This document shows positions 45,292 to 55,847 of a stretch of DNA of 64,000 bases, in pieces. The number at the start of each line of letters is the position of its first letter. Position 1 is the first letter of the stretch. Origin of the DNA: a virus. A model generated the notes under the pieces. The model was not told where the DNA came from, did not search any database, and was given only the letters and a program-made list of their open reading frames with translations. The DNA is taken from the IMG/VR virus record IMGVR_UViG_3300020187_000010. One strand, given 5' to 3'. The translations under genes were made by a program, and so were the position numbers.

Positions 45292-48200
45292 TTAGTTTAG
45301 AAGAGTACCGTTTTCGTCATAGATTAAGACAGTTCTAGATGCCAGTTCATTTAACGCTTTAACAATACTATCATTATTTATACCTTCAAAGAAGTTGCCT
45401 GGCGCAGAACTGTCAAGTGTATTCAACTGACCAACTCGATTACTCAAGTTTAGAATGTCTGTGTCATTACTTGTGACTCTACCCTTTACGACTTCAATTT
45501 CACCAACCGCACTATCCAGTTGGGTGTGGATCTCATTGATAGCCGGAACAATAAACTTACTTGTTGTATCCAGTGTGGAGATACCTGTTCCTGACATGTT
45601 CGCAGTTGTACCACCGGACTGTATAATGTCCAGATGCGCACGGGTTATAAGTTTCTCGGACTCTATCTCGGTAACTGCACTATCTAGTTGCAAATGAAGT
45701 TCATTGATACCACCCGCAACATCTTGTGCGGTAGTGTCTAGATCTTCGTCAGTGTGGAATGCACGACCATGTATCTCTACCTTAGTTGCATCCATTTCGA
45801 TTGCAAGACCAGTACCAGAATAAATGTCCAGATGATTGCCAGAGTTTCGGAATTCACCAAACTGAACGGTTGCATCTTTAAGGAATACATTACCACCGTC
45901 TGCATCAAGTGTAATATCACCGGAGACATCATACGTCAGATTTCCTACAACATCAACTTCTTGGTTTGTACCAAGGTTATAGGTGAACTTAGTTACACCG
46001 CCATCCTTGAAGAAGATGTCCGCGCCATTCGCGTCAAGTGTAATATCACCTTCTGCATCAAGAAGAATATTTGTTCCTGCATTGATGGTTGCAGTTGTTC
46101 CTGCGGTAGTAGATGTAGATCCACCGGCAGTCTGTACAATACTACCTGTAGTAGTCAGACCATACGAGTCCGCACTATCATTTAATGCACCGATGATAGC
46201 ATTTACTAATGTGCCACCAACAGTAGTAGTTTTGTTTACAGTAATATTCTCTTTTACCGAACCACCAATAGTTAGACTATAACCATTTGTAGTAGTCAAA
46301 GATGCAGAATCACTTACCGATATATTATAATCTCCGGTAACAGTGATGTTGTTTGTTGCACCTAATTGATGACGGATGCGTGTGGATGCACCGTCTTTGA
46401 AGTAAATGTCGTTTCCATCTGCGTCAAGTGTAATATCACCAGAAGCATCGATCAAGTAATTACCATCTGCTGTATGGGTTTGTCCCAATGATGTTGTGGT
46501 CAATGTACCCAAAGTAGTATGAGACATTGCACCACTAGAAGTAACTGAGTAAGTACCACCAGCACTATCAGATTGGTTACCTGATACAGTTTGTGTAAGA
46601 TTACCGTTAACATCTAAAGTGTTTGACGCACCCATTCCATATGAGAAACGAGAAGTACCTGCATCTTTGAAGTCGATGTCTCCACCGTCTGCATCCAGTA
46701 CTATATCACCTGCCACATCGACAGTTAAGTTGCCGGTGGGTACGTCAATCTCTTGATTCGCACCCATAACGAAGTCGAATCTGATCGCCCCATTATCTTT
46801 AAGTGTAACATTACCGCCATTTGCATCAAGGTTAATATCACCCTCAACATCTGCGGTTAGGTTACCACCAGCGGTAAGACCCATGTTTGATTCAGTAACA
46901 AGATTGAACGCACCACCCGCAGTATTCGTCATCGGGCCACGAGTGTCGATATTAATACCGTTAGTCGAAGAGATGTCACGAGTACCAGAAGCACTGTCAG
47001 AGTGATCTCCTGCCACTGTAAGGGTGTTGTTACCCGAAGTAGTAGTAGTGAGTGTACCTGTAACATCTAAAGTATTTGCTGAACCCAGTCCGTAAGCAAA
47101 ACGAGTCGTTCCAGCTTGTTTGAGGTCAATGTCACCACCACCGGCATCCAATACAATATCATTGACAACATCAAAGATCAACGAACCGACAACATCAATC
47201 TCTTGATTCGTACCGAAATTATATGTTACCTTATTGGCACCACCATCTGTTAGATATAGTTGTCCACCATCAGCATCGAGAGTAATATCTCCAGATGCAT
47301 CAACAGTGAAGTTTCCCGCCACATTATGGGTTTGTCCCAATGATGTTGTGGTGAGAGTACCAAGAGTGGTATGAGACATCGCACCAGTTGAGGTGATGTC
47401 ACGAGTACCATTTGCACTGTCTGAGAAGTTGCCTGAGACGGTTTGAGTTAGATTACCTGTAATGTCTAAGGTATTAGATGCACCAAGTCCGTATTCAAAT
47501 CTAGATACTCCACCGTCTTTTAGGTCGATGTTTGCGCCATCTGCGTCTAATATAATATTACCAGACACATCAAGAGTATAATTGCCAGTTACGGCTTCGG
47601 TGTTAGTGGTACCCATCGTATATGCAATACGAGTAACACCACCATCTTTGTATGTAATGTTTGCCCCATCTGCATCGAAGATTATATCACCCGAGATGTC
47701 AAATGTCAAGTTTCCGGTACGAGAAACTGTACCGTCAGTAGCAAAGTCGTACTCTGTGACACCAGCATCTTTGAATGTGACATTACCACCATCAGCATCA
47801 AGGATAATATCTCCGGACGCATCGACAGTGTATGTGGTCGTTTCTATTCTAGTTGCACCGGTAGAGGTAAGAGTTGTATCACCAGATACATCGATATCTA
47901 AGTTAGAAGAAATATCAAGATCAAGGATACCAGTCACACCAACTGTGTTAGTGGTACCTAATGTGAATGCAATACGACTGACCGAATCATCAAGGAAGTT
48001 GATGTTAGATCCACCGGCATCTAAATTAATATCACCTACCGCATCAACGTTGAAGTTTGCACCGACATTGAATTGTACATCAGTACCACTTGCTTGATTA
48101 GTACTGATTAGTAAACGAGTTTGAGTTTCCCCTTGGAGGGCATTTCCCGTAGGATAAATGATTTCACCGGAAGATGCGTCAAACACTCTTTCGATTTCGT

Positions 48201-48333
48201 TGATGGCCATGACCACATCACTATCACCGTGAGTGAGAAGATCCACCGGATCGCCAACATTATAAGAGACAGTGTTGAGGTTGTCTCGCATTATCTTGAA
48301 CGAGTCACTTAGTTTCGTAAATGGTCTTGACAT
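45292..48333 (-). CDS. Fibre protein with DI.LDADG beta repeats (1013 aa)
   Basis: Many GDI.LDA.G.....KD.G repeats, AINE coiled segments, C-terminal IYDENGTLLN. Confidence 0.7.
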   Translation of the reverse strand: MSRPFTKLSDSFKIMRDNLNTVSYNVGDPVDLLTHGDSDVVMAINEIERVFDASSGEIIYPTGNALQGETQTRLLISTNQASGTDVQFNVGANFNVDAVGDINLDAGGSNINFLDDSVSRIAFTLGTTNTVGVTGILDLDISSNLDIDVSGDTTLTSTGATRIETTTYTVDASGDIILDADGGNVTFKDAGVTEYDFATDGTVSRTGNLTFDISGDIIFDADGANITYKDGGVTRIAYTMGTTNTEAVTGNYTLDVSGNIILDADGANIDLKDGGVSRFEYGLGASNTLDITGNLTQTVSGNFSDSANGTRDITSTGAMSHTTLGTLTTTSLGQTHNVAGNFTVDASGDITLDADGGQLYLTDGGANKVTYNFGTNQEIDVVGSLIFDVVNDIVLDAGGGDIDLKQAGTTRFAYGLGSANTLDVTGTLTTTTSGNNTLTVAGDHSDSASGTRDISSTNGINIDTRGPMTNTAGGAFNLVTESNMGLTAGGNLTADVEGDINLDANGGNVTLKDNGAIRFDFVMGANQEIDVPTGNLTVDVAGDIVLDADGGDIDFKDAGTSRFSYGMGASNTLDVNGNLTQTVSGNQSDSAGGTYSVTSSGAMSHTTLGTLTTTSLGQTHTADGNYLIDASGDITLDADGNDIYFKDGASTRIRHQLGATNNITVTGDYNISVSDSASLTTTNGYSLTIGGSVKENITVNKTTTVGGTLVNAIIGALNDSADSYGLTTTGSIVQTAGGSTSTTAGTTATINAGTNILLDAEGDITLDANGADIFFKDGGVTKFTYNLGTNQEVDVVGNLTYDVSGDITLDADGGNVFLKDATVQFGEFRNSGNHLDIYSGTGLAIEMDATKVEIHGRAFHTDEDLDTTAQDVAGGINELHLQLDSAVTEIESEKLITRAHLDIIQSGGTTANMSGTGISTLDTTSKFIVPAINEIHTQLDSAVGEIEVVKGRVTSNDTDILNLSNRVGQLNTLDSSAPGNFFEGINNDSIVKALNELASRTVLIYDENGTLLN

Positions 48334-48570
48334 CTATAGTTTCTCTACTAGTTGTGAAAGTAAGGATTTGATATCATGGATATCTGACTCTAGTCTATCA
48401 ACCTTTACTTTAAGATTCTTTTCATCTTGCATCTTTTGTTTACGGAGTTTCTTCTGTTCCCGTGCAAGTTGTATTTCACTTCTATTTATATTAATAATGG
48501 CACCCGACTCTGCATCTCTTGCAAAATCGGGTTCATCTTTTACGTGTACCAACTGTCTCTGTTTTCTCAT
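48334..48570 (-). CDS. Small coiled-coil conserved hypothetical protein
   Basis: RDAESGAIININ...LESDIHDIKSLLSQL; commonly follows VrlC-like genes. Confidence 0.7.
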   Translation of the reverse strand: MRKQRQLVHVKDEPDFARDAESGAIININRSEIQLAREQKKLRKQKMQDEKNLKVKVDRLESDIHDIKSLLSQLVEKL

Positions 48571-48571
48571 A

Positions 48572-51500
48572 TTATACTGCCAGTGATATAATTCTCAAGT
48601 CACGGAATGAAGGTACTTTCGCACTGTTGGTCGATCTCATAACAATCTTAACTTGGAACTGTGTGAATGGTGACATAGTACCACCATCACCACCTACAAG
48701 ATAACGGTATTCACGGAACACGTTCTTGTTAGTATCAACTGGTAGAACGGTTTCAGAATTAACCAGAGTCCATGCAGATCTCTTAATGTCATCACCCGCA
48801 CTTGCGACTTTCCAATAAACTTGGAAGTCTGACTCAGGAGGTCTATTCGCAGCAAGTAAGATCTTCAGTCCAACAGCCTGTTCGGTAAGAGTTGTTATTT
48901 TAGTAACATGTTTTGCAGACTCAGTACCATATAGAGGGTTAGTTTCACCGACATAAGATAATGGTACATTGAAACCATCCGTAGACGAAGAATCTTGTCT
49001 AGAGATCATGTTGTGAATAGTGTTCAACTTACAACGTTGTAAATCAATGACTGGAGACAAGTATGGATTGGTTGTCTTCAATGTTAACTGTACAGTAGCA
49101 GATCTCTCGCCATTGAGTTTACCTGCGGTTGACAGATTCTCGGTGCGTCTGTTAAATAGTGCACGAGGATTTGTGAACTCATTATTCTTCTTGTTCTCAA
49201 TGATGTTATATGAACCATCTTTAACAAATCGAACTTGACTTCCTGCCAATGCGGACTGACTAGTAGTCTTAATCGACATAGTGTAGTTAGTCTCGCCTGG
49301 TTGTTTGATATCAATCTCGGGTCTCAATACTTCGAAGTTCATGTTTCTCTGAGAAGTTACAGAAGAACCACCGAACCACTTACGAGAGGTCGCAGATGAA
49401 GTTGCAGCATAGGTGTAACCAGAGTTATCAAAATCGATAACAGTACGTACCCCATTAACATCTGCACCGGTCAAACCGTTACCAAAGTCAGTTGCAGAGT
49501 CGATACCTCGAATCCAAGTCTTATCACCATCTCTAAGGCCATGACCTTTGAACATAACACGTACTGTGTTAGATCCAGAATCCACTACCAAAGGATCTTT
49601 AGACAAAGATACTGGAGGTATGTTTGCATTCTCAAGGATAGCATTACCAGAGGTTTCAAACTTAGCAACATTGATTCTGTATGAAAGATCTTGACCACTA
49701 GAAGGTTCCCACAATTTAGCATTCTGAGATTTAAAGAATCCACCCAGAGTTGTTTGTTGTGAGATGAACGCTTCGTTAGAGTTCAATTGGTGTTCACCGA
49801 CAGTTGCAACATATACGTTATAGTCCGGATCATTGTTGCCCGGTCTTAGTACGAGTGCATACTCTCCACCCGCAACAAATACCGGATGATCAAATGTAAA
49901 CGTAGTAGCATTCTGCAACATTTGTTTGTTGGTAGATCCTTCTGGAACAAGAGATACTTGACTTGCAGATAATTTCTTAGTTGCAATAATCTTACTTGAA
50001 GACGGAACGCCATTCACAGTAGGTCTCAACTCACAGAATACAGGAGCAGAAGAAGACTTACTTGCAAAGTAAACATCAACAGATGTAATGAATACACCGG
50101 CAATTTGTTTAACCAAGAAGGTCTGCGCGATTGGATCGTTATATTCTAGTCTATTATTGGTATGTCTGTAATTGATACCACCTTTACCCTGTCGAGTAGT
50201 TCTTTCTACTGGAGTTAGGTCGGCATCAGTCACCGCACCGCCCGGAGGAACTGTAGTGTCTGTTACATGATCTACCGGAGTGATTTGGTTGAGATAATTT
50301 ACCTCAGAAGTTTCACCAACATGTTCTGTAGATGATGTGGTATCACCGACCAGAGTAGAATATGTTTCGGTAGATACTACATCTGTAGCAATTTCTGTCG
50401 AGATAACAGATTCAGTCCATACAGTTGAACTTGAAGCAATTGTTCTATCAACATCACTGGTACTGTTACCTACGATTTTAAGTACGCGAGTTACTTCGAC
50501 TTCATCTTCATACTCTTCGAGAACACCTTTAGAGTGGAACATTGCTCTACCATAAGACATTGCAGCACTGAAGTCATTGACATTTACGTCAAGTAATGCA
50601 AACTCACGAGGCCCTGTGTAGAAACGCATTGCTTGGTTGTTAGGTACTTCGAACGAACCAATAATACTACCTTCTGCGTCAGATATAAGGTTGGTCTTAC
50701 CAGAACTATGTTCTTGGGTAGTACGTTGAACACCTTCACCATCTTCAGTACTTTTAGATGCAAGGTAATTGCGTTGAGCCCAAGTACTGAACGTAGTCTG
50801 TTCCCTACAGAAAGAAGATACGTTAGAACCATCAAAGAATGGGAAGTACTGTGTATTAGGACGCAGACCTTCAGCTTTGAATTGAATATCAATCGAACGC
50901 ATGAAAGGAATGACCGATACATCGATAACCTTTTTACCAACTACGTCACGAATAGTAGACTCACTCGCAATACGGTTTACTGTATTGGAAGTTGTTGTTG
51001 TTGTTGTGGTATCCGTAGTAGACTCATACGCATTTTCAGTTTCGATTGTGCGTGTGGTTTCATAAGTAGATGTGTTAACAGTCTTAACTTTATCTCTAGT
51101 TTCGGTAGTAACAACATCCCACATATCAGTGGTAATTTGTTCGGCAGTCCAAGGGTTGTAATAACCATATGAATAAGAACCTGTTCCACCTAAGCCAAAG
51201 TAAGAACCAGACCAGTTACCAGTCCAACCACCCCAATAGTTATGGTTCCACCAAGAATCTATTACTGTACGTGAGATTTCTTCTTCACGTTCACGTGATA
51301 CTTCTACAGTTTCGGTATAAAGAGTTTCAACATCAGTCACATGACCGACTTCAACCCACTCACCGAGAGTTTCGGTTGTCTCGGTACCAATAAGAACAGG
51401 ATCTGAACTATTGTGTGTTATCGAAGTTGCGGTACCACTTACAAATGAAGTTGCAGCATCACCAGCTTCTAGGTCAGAAGGATCTACACCAAACCATTCG

Positions 51501-54454
51501 TTCTCGGAGTTGTTCCAGTTCAATGCGTGTTTGAGGTCAAATTCACTTGAACGACCCACAACAGTTTCACCAATCTTCTGAGTCTCTTTCCAAGAATCAG
51601 TTTCCGGAGAAAGTTCTACACTACCGACAATGGTAGGAACATAGAAAGGTGCGAGGTTTTCTGTACCAGAAGCGAGTTCTTGCGCTTCATATGCAATTTC
51701 GGTATGGTTCAACATAACGAAGTCACCGAATACACCGGTACGTAGTTGACCGACATGATCACTGTCATAGAAAAGATCTGCACAGTCTTCTACAAAAGTA
51801 GGACGTAACAGTTTACCTCTCTTGTCAATCGCAGCACGATATTCAGGAGACTTAGTTTGAGAATGAGAATGTGACTTGAAGTTGTCTACAAAGAATCCAG
51901 ACTTAGCACGATCATTACCCGCAGAATCCAAAACATTCATCATTTTAGTATTCAATTCGAGAAGTGACAATGTAGTCATTTCTTCAAGACGATCAACTTT
52001 CTCTTCTAGTTTGTTGATGTCCTGCATCGTATAACCCTTACGTGGAATAAGAGTTGTTCTCAAATCCTGAGTGTGCATGGTATTAGCATTCAGTCTCAGT
52101 TTATAAAGATCAATACAATCCACAGGAACATCAGGGTATTTCGGACTTAACGAAGAAGAACCGGTGATATAACGAAGTTCACCTTGTTTAGATATTACCA
52201 GACGGTCTGCACGAGGTAAGTAGTATTCGGCATCTGTAGTGATAGTATCAGTAGGTACCGGAAGAGGACAAATTGAACCAGCAGAAAATGAACCAGAACC
52301 ATCAGTTGAAGGACGGAAGTCGATTGCATCACGTAGTGACAGAAGACCACCATCAGGCAATTTCTGGCCAGGAACTTTAAGATAATCCAATTGACCATCA
52401 TAAGAGTTCACAGCATAGAACTGCCCACTTACCGAAGGTTCGAAATACTTATATCGTACAAATACGGATTGATCTGCACTATCAAAACCACCACCAGAAT
52501 AGATTAATCTACTGTCATCTTGGTGAGTAGTACGGTTACCCGCATCGAATAAGAAACTGGTGAATACATCTTCACCATCAGAATCATTAAGAGATACACG
52601 TTGAATACTATAGACATCAGATTTACCGAGAGGAAGGAAATATACACCTGCGCCATCAGAGTCTAATGAAGCAGTTACCACGGTTTCTGTCAGTGTCTTT
52701 GTTTTAACACTTGCGTTAGTTTTTCTTATGAATACAATTGCTTCATATGCAACACCATTCGACAACCCACTGAACAAAATGTCTGTGTTTCCGGATTGGA
52801 TATTTGATGCAACACTTGAAGGTGCAAACTCAGTTGCAGAAGCAACAAGGATATCACTTTCATTAACAAAACGTTCACCAGCATCGGTCAGTGTGATTGT
52901 GTGACTAGTACCAGAAGCCGTAAAGTTGTACTTCTTCATAAATGTCATAGTGACATCAGTGAAAGACTTGGGTCGTCTTAATGGAGTATCAAACAGTAAA
53001 GCATTTTTCTTAGGTTCATGTACAATACTTCCGCCATTACCTGTTACTTGAACAAGGTTTATGTAGTGAGTATTGGTCGAAGATTTAATAGATTTGACAT
53101 CACGTAAACTATAATTATAGTTATCTCGTTGGATGTCGAATAAATGTGCCTTGTATAAAGGTGGTCTCACATAGGTGTATCCACCAGTACGAAGTCCGGT
53201 GGAACCTTCGGTCAATGCACGAATGTGTGCAGTACCGATTGCACTATCTGCACCATCAAAACCCGCATATAATGTCACCTCTTCGCAAGTATCAATATCC
53301 AACATACCAACACCACTATCGAAATAGTAGTAGTTCCCGTAGTCGATACCAATCTGTTCTTCTTCTCTTGCAATAGTGTCTCTTGCTTTAGGAATCGGTA
53401 TATTGCGAGTAGAAGTAGTTGCAGCTCTATATCCATCGATATATGCTGTGCCTGGATCTACCTTCAACATCAATGTAGATGATGCGTTTGTACCATTAGG
53501 TTCTACGCGAAGTTTCCAATACTTCTGGATGAAGTCTCCATTAATCTCTCGGACACGTGTAGCAACGTGATTCCGGACTCTATTGAAACCTTCATCATCA
53601 GATTGTTGATCGACTAATCTACCACCTTCGATACGACCGAAATACACGAAGGTATCTCCGGTCACCATCTGGTCTCGTCTAATCAGTTCTAATCGAATAC
53701 GGTATCTGTCTGCGCCAGGCGAAGCACGGTTAGGAGTTACATTTTGATTGTCATACAGTGCATCAGTATCGGATACTGTTATAATGTCTTGAATAACTTT
53801 AAAACCAATATCTGCTGTCTGGAAATTCTTATACTTATCAAGGAATAGACTCTGTTTAGGACAGAATACAAAGTGTCCTTGAACATAAAATTCTGATTGT
53901 CCAACTTCAACCTGAGAACCATATCCGACTGCCGGATTGGTAGATGTGTTGATTGTTTGAACTGTTAAGTTAATGTTAGACCCGTTGGAGAGTACTTCGC
54001 CAGGCGTAACAAAGGTACTAGTAGTAAGTGGTAGACTAGGACTCTGTGTATTTGGATTGTCCAAGTACTGGACAAAAAGAGTATCAGGGTCACTGTTCAC
54101 AGAAGCAACTGCTTCATAGATCTTGACTTTGATACTCGAATCCGCACCAGTTAACACGACACCCTTCAATGCACTTACAGTATCAAAAGAGTTATTTTGA
54201 TCGTTCTCTATTTTGATGAACGCATAATGGTTGTTAGGTGCAACACCACCAGCTTTAGTAGGAACACCATCCTTTTGGAATATGTTATCAGCAAACCTTT
54301 TAATTTCTTTTTGGATGATGGTCTGCATCTGTGTAAGTTCACGTGCTTGCAATGCACGACCGGCATTGAACAAGATACGTGAGTAATTATCACTATCCGC
54401 GTGATCATCCTTGTAGGTTGATCTGAATGTTTGTTCTGTAAATGTGTTTGGCAT
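48572..54454 (-). CDS. Large baseplate-associated structural protein (DUF4815/VrlC-like)
   Basis: YSRILFNAGRALQARELTQMQT, PGADRY, YTMQDI.KLE, GFFVDNF, DPIAQTF, C-terminal DLRIISLA. Confidence 0.85.
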   Translation of the reverse strand: MPNTFTEQTFRSTYKDDHADSDNYSRILFNAGRALQARELTQMQTIIQKEIKRFADNIFQKDGVPTKAGGVAPNNHYAFIKIENDQNNSFDTVSALKGVVLTGADSSIKVKIYEAVASVNSDPDTLFVQYLDNPNTQSPSLPLTTSTFVTPGEVLSNGSNINLTVQTINTSTNPAVGYGSQVEVGQSEFYVQGHFVFCPKQSLFLDKYKNFQTADIGFKVIQDIITVSDTDALYDNQNVTPNRASPGADRYRIRLELIRRDQMVTGDTFVYFGRIEGGRLVDQQSDDEGFNRVRNHVATRVREINGDFIQKYWKLRVEPNGTNASSTLMLKVDPGTAYIDGYRAATTSTRNIPIPKARDTIAREEEQIGIDYGNYYYFDSGVGMLDIDTCEEVTLYAGFDGADSAIGTAHIRALTEGSTGLRTGGYTYVRPPLYKAHLFDIQRDNYNYSLRDVKSIKSSTNTHYINLVQVTGNGGSIVHEPKKNALLFDTPLRRPKSFTDVTMTFMKKYNFTASGTSHTITLTDAGERFVNESDILVASATEFAPSSVASNIQSGNTDILFSGLSNGVAYEAIVFIRKTNASVKTKTLTETVVTASLDSDGAGVYFLPLGKSDVYSIQRVSLNDSDGEDVFTSFLFDAGNRTTHQDDSRLIYSGGGFDSADQSVFVRYKYFEPSVSGQFYAVNSYDGQLDYLKVPGQKLPDGGLLSLRDAIDFRPSTDGSGSFSAGSICPLPVPTDTITTDAEYYLPRADRLVISKQGELRYITGSSSLSPKYPDVPVDCIDLYKLRLNANTMHTQDLRTTLIPRKGYTMQDINKLEEKVDRLEEMTTLSLLELNTKMMNVLDSAGNDRAKSGFFVDNFKSHSHSQTKSPEYRAAIDKRGKLLRPTFVEDCADLFYDSDHVGQLRTGVFGDFVMLNHTEIAYEAQELASGTENLAPFYVPTIVGSVELSPETDSWKETQKIGETVVGRSSEFDLKHALNWNNSENEWFGVDPSDLEAGDAATSFVSGTATSITHNSSDPVLIGTETTETLGEWVEVGHVTDVETLYTETVEVSREREEEISRTVIDSWWNHNYWGGWTGNWSGSYFGLGGTGSYSYGYYNPWTAEQITTDMWDVVTTETRDKVKTVNTSTYETTRTIETENAYESTTDTTTTTTTSNTVNRIASESTIRDVVGKKVIDVSVIPFMRSIDIQFKAEGLRPNTQYFPFFDGSNVSSFCREQTTFSTWAQRNYLASKSTEDGEGVQRTTQEHSSGKTNLISDAEGSIIGSFEVPNNQAMRFYTGPREFALLDVNVNDFSAAMSYGRAMFHSKGVLEEYEDEVEVTRVLKIVGNSTSDVDRTIASSSTVWTESVISTEIATDVVSTETYSTLVGDTTSSTEHVGETSEVNYLNQITPVDHVTDTTVPPGGAVTDADLTPVERTTRQGKGGINYRHTNNRLEYNDPIAQTFLVKQIAGVFITSVDVYFASKSSSAPVFCELRPTVNGVPSSSKIIATKKLSASQVSLVPEGSTNKQMLQNATTFTFDHPVFVAGGEYALVLRPGNNDPDYNVYVATVGEHQLNSNEAFISQQTTLGGFFKSQNAKLWEPSSGQDLSYRINVAKFETSGNAILENANIPPVSLSKDPLVVDSGSNTVRVMFKGHGLRDGDKTWIRGIDSATDFGNGLTGADVNGVRTVIDFDNSGYTYAATSSATSRKWFGGSSVTSQRNMNFEVLRPEIDIKQPGETNYTMSIKTTSQSALAGSQVRFVKDGSYNIIENKKNNEFTNPRALFNRRTENLSTAGKLNGERSATVQLTLKTTNPYLSPVIDLQRCKLNTIHNMISRQDSSSTDGFNVPLSYVGETNPLYGTESAKHVTKITTLTEQAVGLKILLAANRPPESDFQVYWKVASAGDDIKRSAWTLVNSETVLPVDTNKNVFREYRYLVGGDGGTMSPFTQFQVKIVMRSTNSAKVPSFRDLRIISLAV

Positions 54455-54463
54455 TTCTTAATC

Positions 54464-55834
54464 CTAGATAGTAATTACGATTTTCAGGTCTTCGGTTTGA
54501 TCGGTGGATCGCGTTACAGCTGAACGGTTATCAATATATAGTAGATCCCCAGTGTACGGATTAAACTCACCGTCTACTTTACTGGTTATCGAACCGTTAA
54601 TATTTGTGTTACCTACCACCTGAATTTCTTCTGCAACTTGGAAGGAAGTGAATCCAGTTGTTTCGTTTTGATGATACCAGATTGTATCCGAATCATTAGT
54701 GTTGTCGATGATTGCAACTGCGCCAGAAGTAACACCTTGAATCTGAGATTTTTGCACAATAGACTTGACAAATCCTGATCCATCGTGTATAATACTATTA
54801 AGTGCCAGAGCGGAAGTAGATGTAAGTAAAACACCTTCTGCACTATCAACTCTTGGATTGCGTACCAATAACACTTGACGGAATATCTCGTCACCAGTAA
54901 TAAAGTCACCGTTTTCAATACCATCTGGTTTGGAGTTAAACATAACACCATTTGCCTTCAGGTCAATAACAGGATTAGATCCAACACCAGATGCTTGTCC
55001 CAATACAGGACGAACAATACAAGAGTCACCACCACCACCAGAAATTAATACGTTTGCATAGTCGTAACCACTACCAAAGTAAGAGTTGCCCGAGTTACCC
55101 GCAGAGTCGGCCTTGACCTTGATGTCTACGATAGTCTCACCCGCACGTACCGCATAAGCAATCGCACCAGTACCATTACCTACGATACTTACCGAAGGTG
55201 CAGATGTATAACCAGATCCACCATTAGTTACTTTATAACCAACGATTTGTCCTTTTACCGCAGCGTTCTGGACTAGTTGTTGTTGTAGATCTTCGGCAGG
55301 AGAATCCGAGTCGGTTGAACCAACAAATCTTACAGGCATATATGCAGATGACAAAAACTTATCTGCACGTAATGCACCGATAGAGTAAAGGAACTTCCAC
55401 GTGTAACCATCCGCAGTACGGAATGGTGTACCGGTAGTGTTACCAGTAGGTTGGTTGGTAGATAACTGCGAAGAACCATCCTGTTTCTTACCCTGTTCCA
55501 AACAGATGTAAATCTCGTTATTCGAGTTGATTACATAGAAAGGATTCTCGGGGAAACCTACATCGTTATCATCATATGCAGAGTAGATAAGGTTAGCAAC
55601 CCATATTCTACGTGGAATTACATATGAGGCATCTTCGATGAGTTTTGCAGATTGCAAAGAATTTCTTGCCTGTCTGACAGAACGTGAATCATTAGTAGGA
55701 ACAGTCGCAAGATCAGAAGCATTCCAATCTTCGGATCTACCAATGGCCGCATAGTATCTTACAGAAGAAGAGTCCAAGTCCGTAAGAAGATCATCTAAGA
55801 CCTGTTTTTTAAATTGATCGGTAATTACTGGCAT
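54464..55834 (-). CDS. gp8: Baseplate wedge subunit gp8
   Basis: FYVINS...YICL, TADGYTWKFLYSI, GDLLYIDNR...QTEDLKIVI. Confidence 0.9.
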   Translation of the reverse strand: MPVITDQFKKQVLDDLLTDLDSSSVRYYAAIGRSEDWNASDLATVPTNDSRSVRQARNSLQSAKLIEDASYVIPRRIWVANLIYSAYDDNDVGFPENPFYVINSNNEIYICLEQGKKQDGSSQLSTNQPTGNTTGTPFRTADGYTWKFLYSIGALRADKFLSSAYMPVRFVGSTDSDSPAEDLQQQLVQNAAVKGQIVGYKVTNGGSGYTSAPSVSIVGNGTGAIAYAVRAGETIVDIKVKADSAGNSGNSYFGSGYDYANVLISGGGGDSCIVRPVLGQASGVGSNPVIDLKANGVMFNSKPDGIENGDFITGDEIFRQVLLVRNPRVDSAEGVLLTSTSALALNSIIHDGSGFVKSIVQKSQIQGVTSGAVAIIDNTNDSDTIWYHQNETTGFTSFQVAEEIQVVGNTNINGSITSKVDGEFNPYTGDLLYIDNRSAVTRSTDQTEDLKIVITI

Positions 55835-55847
55835 TTTTTATATATTC

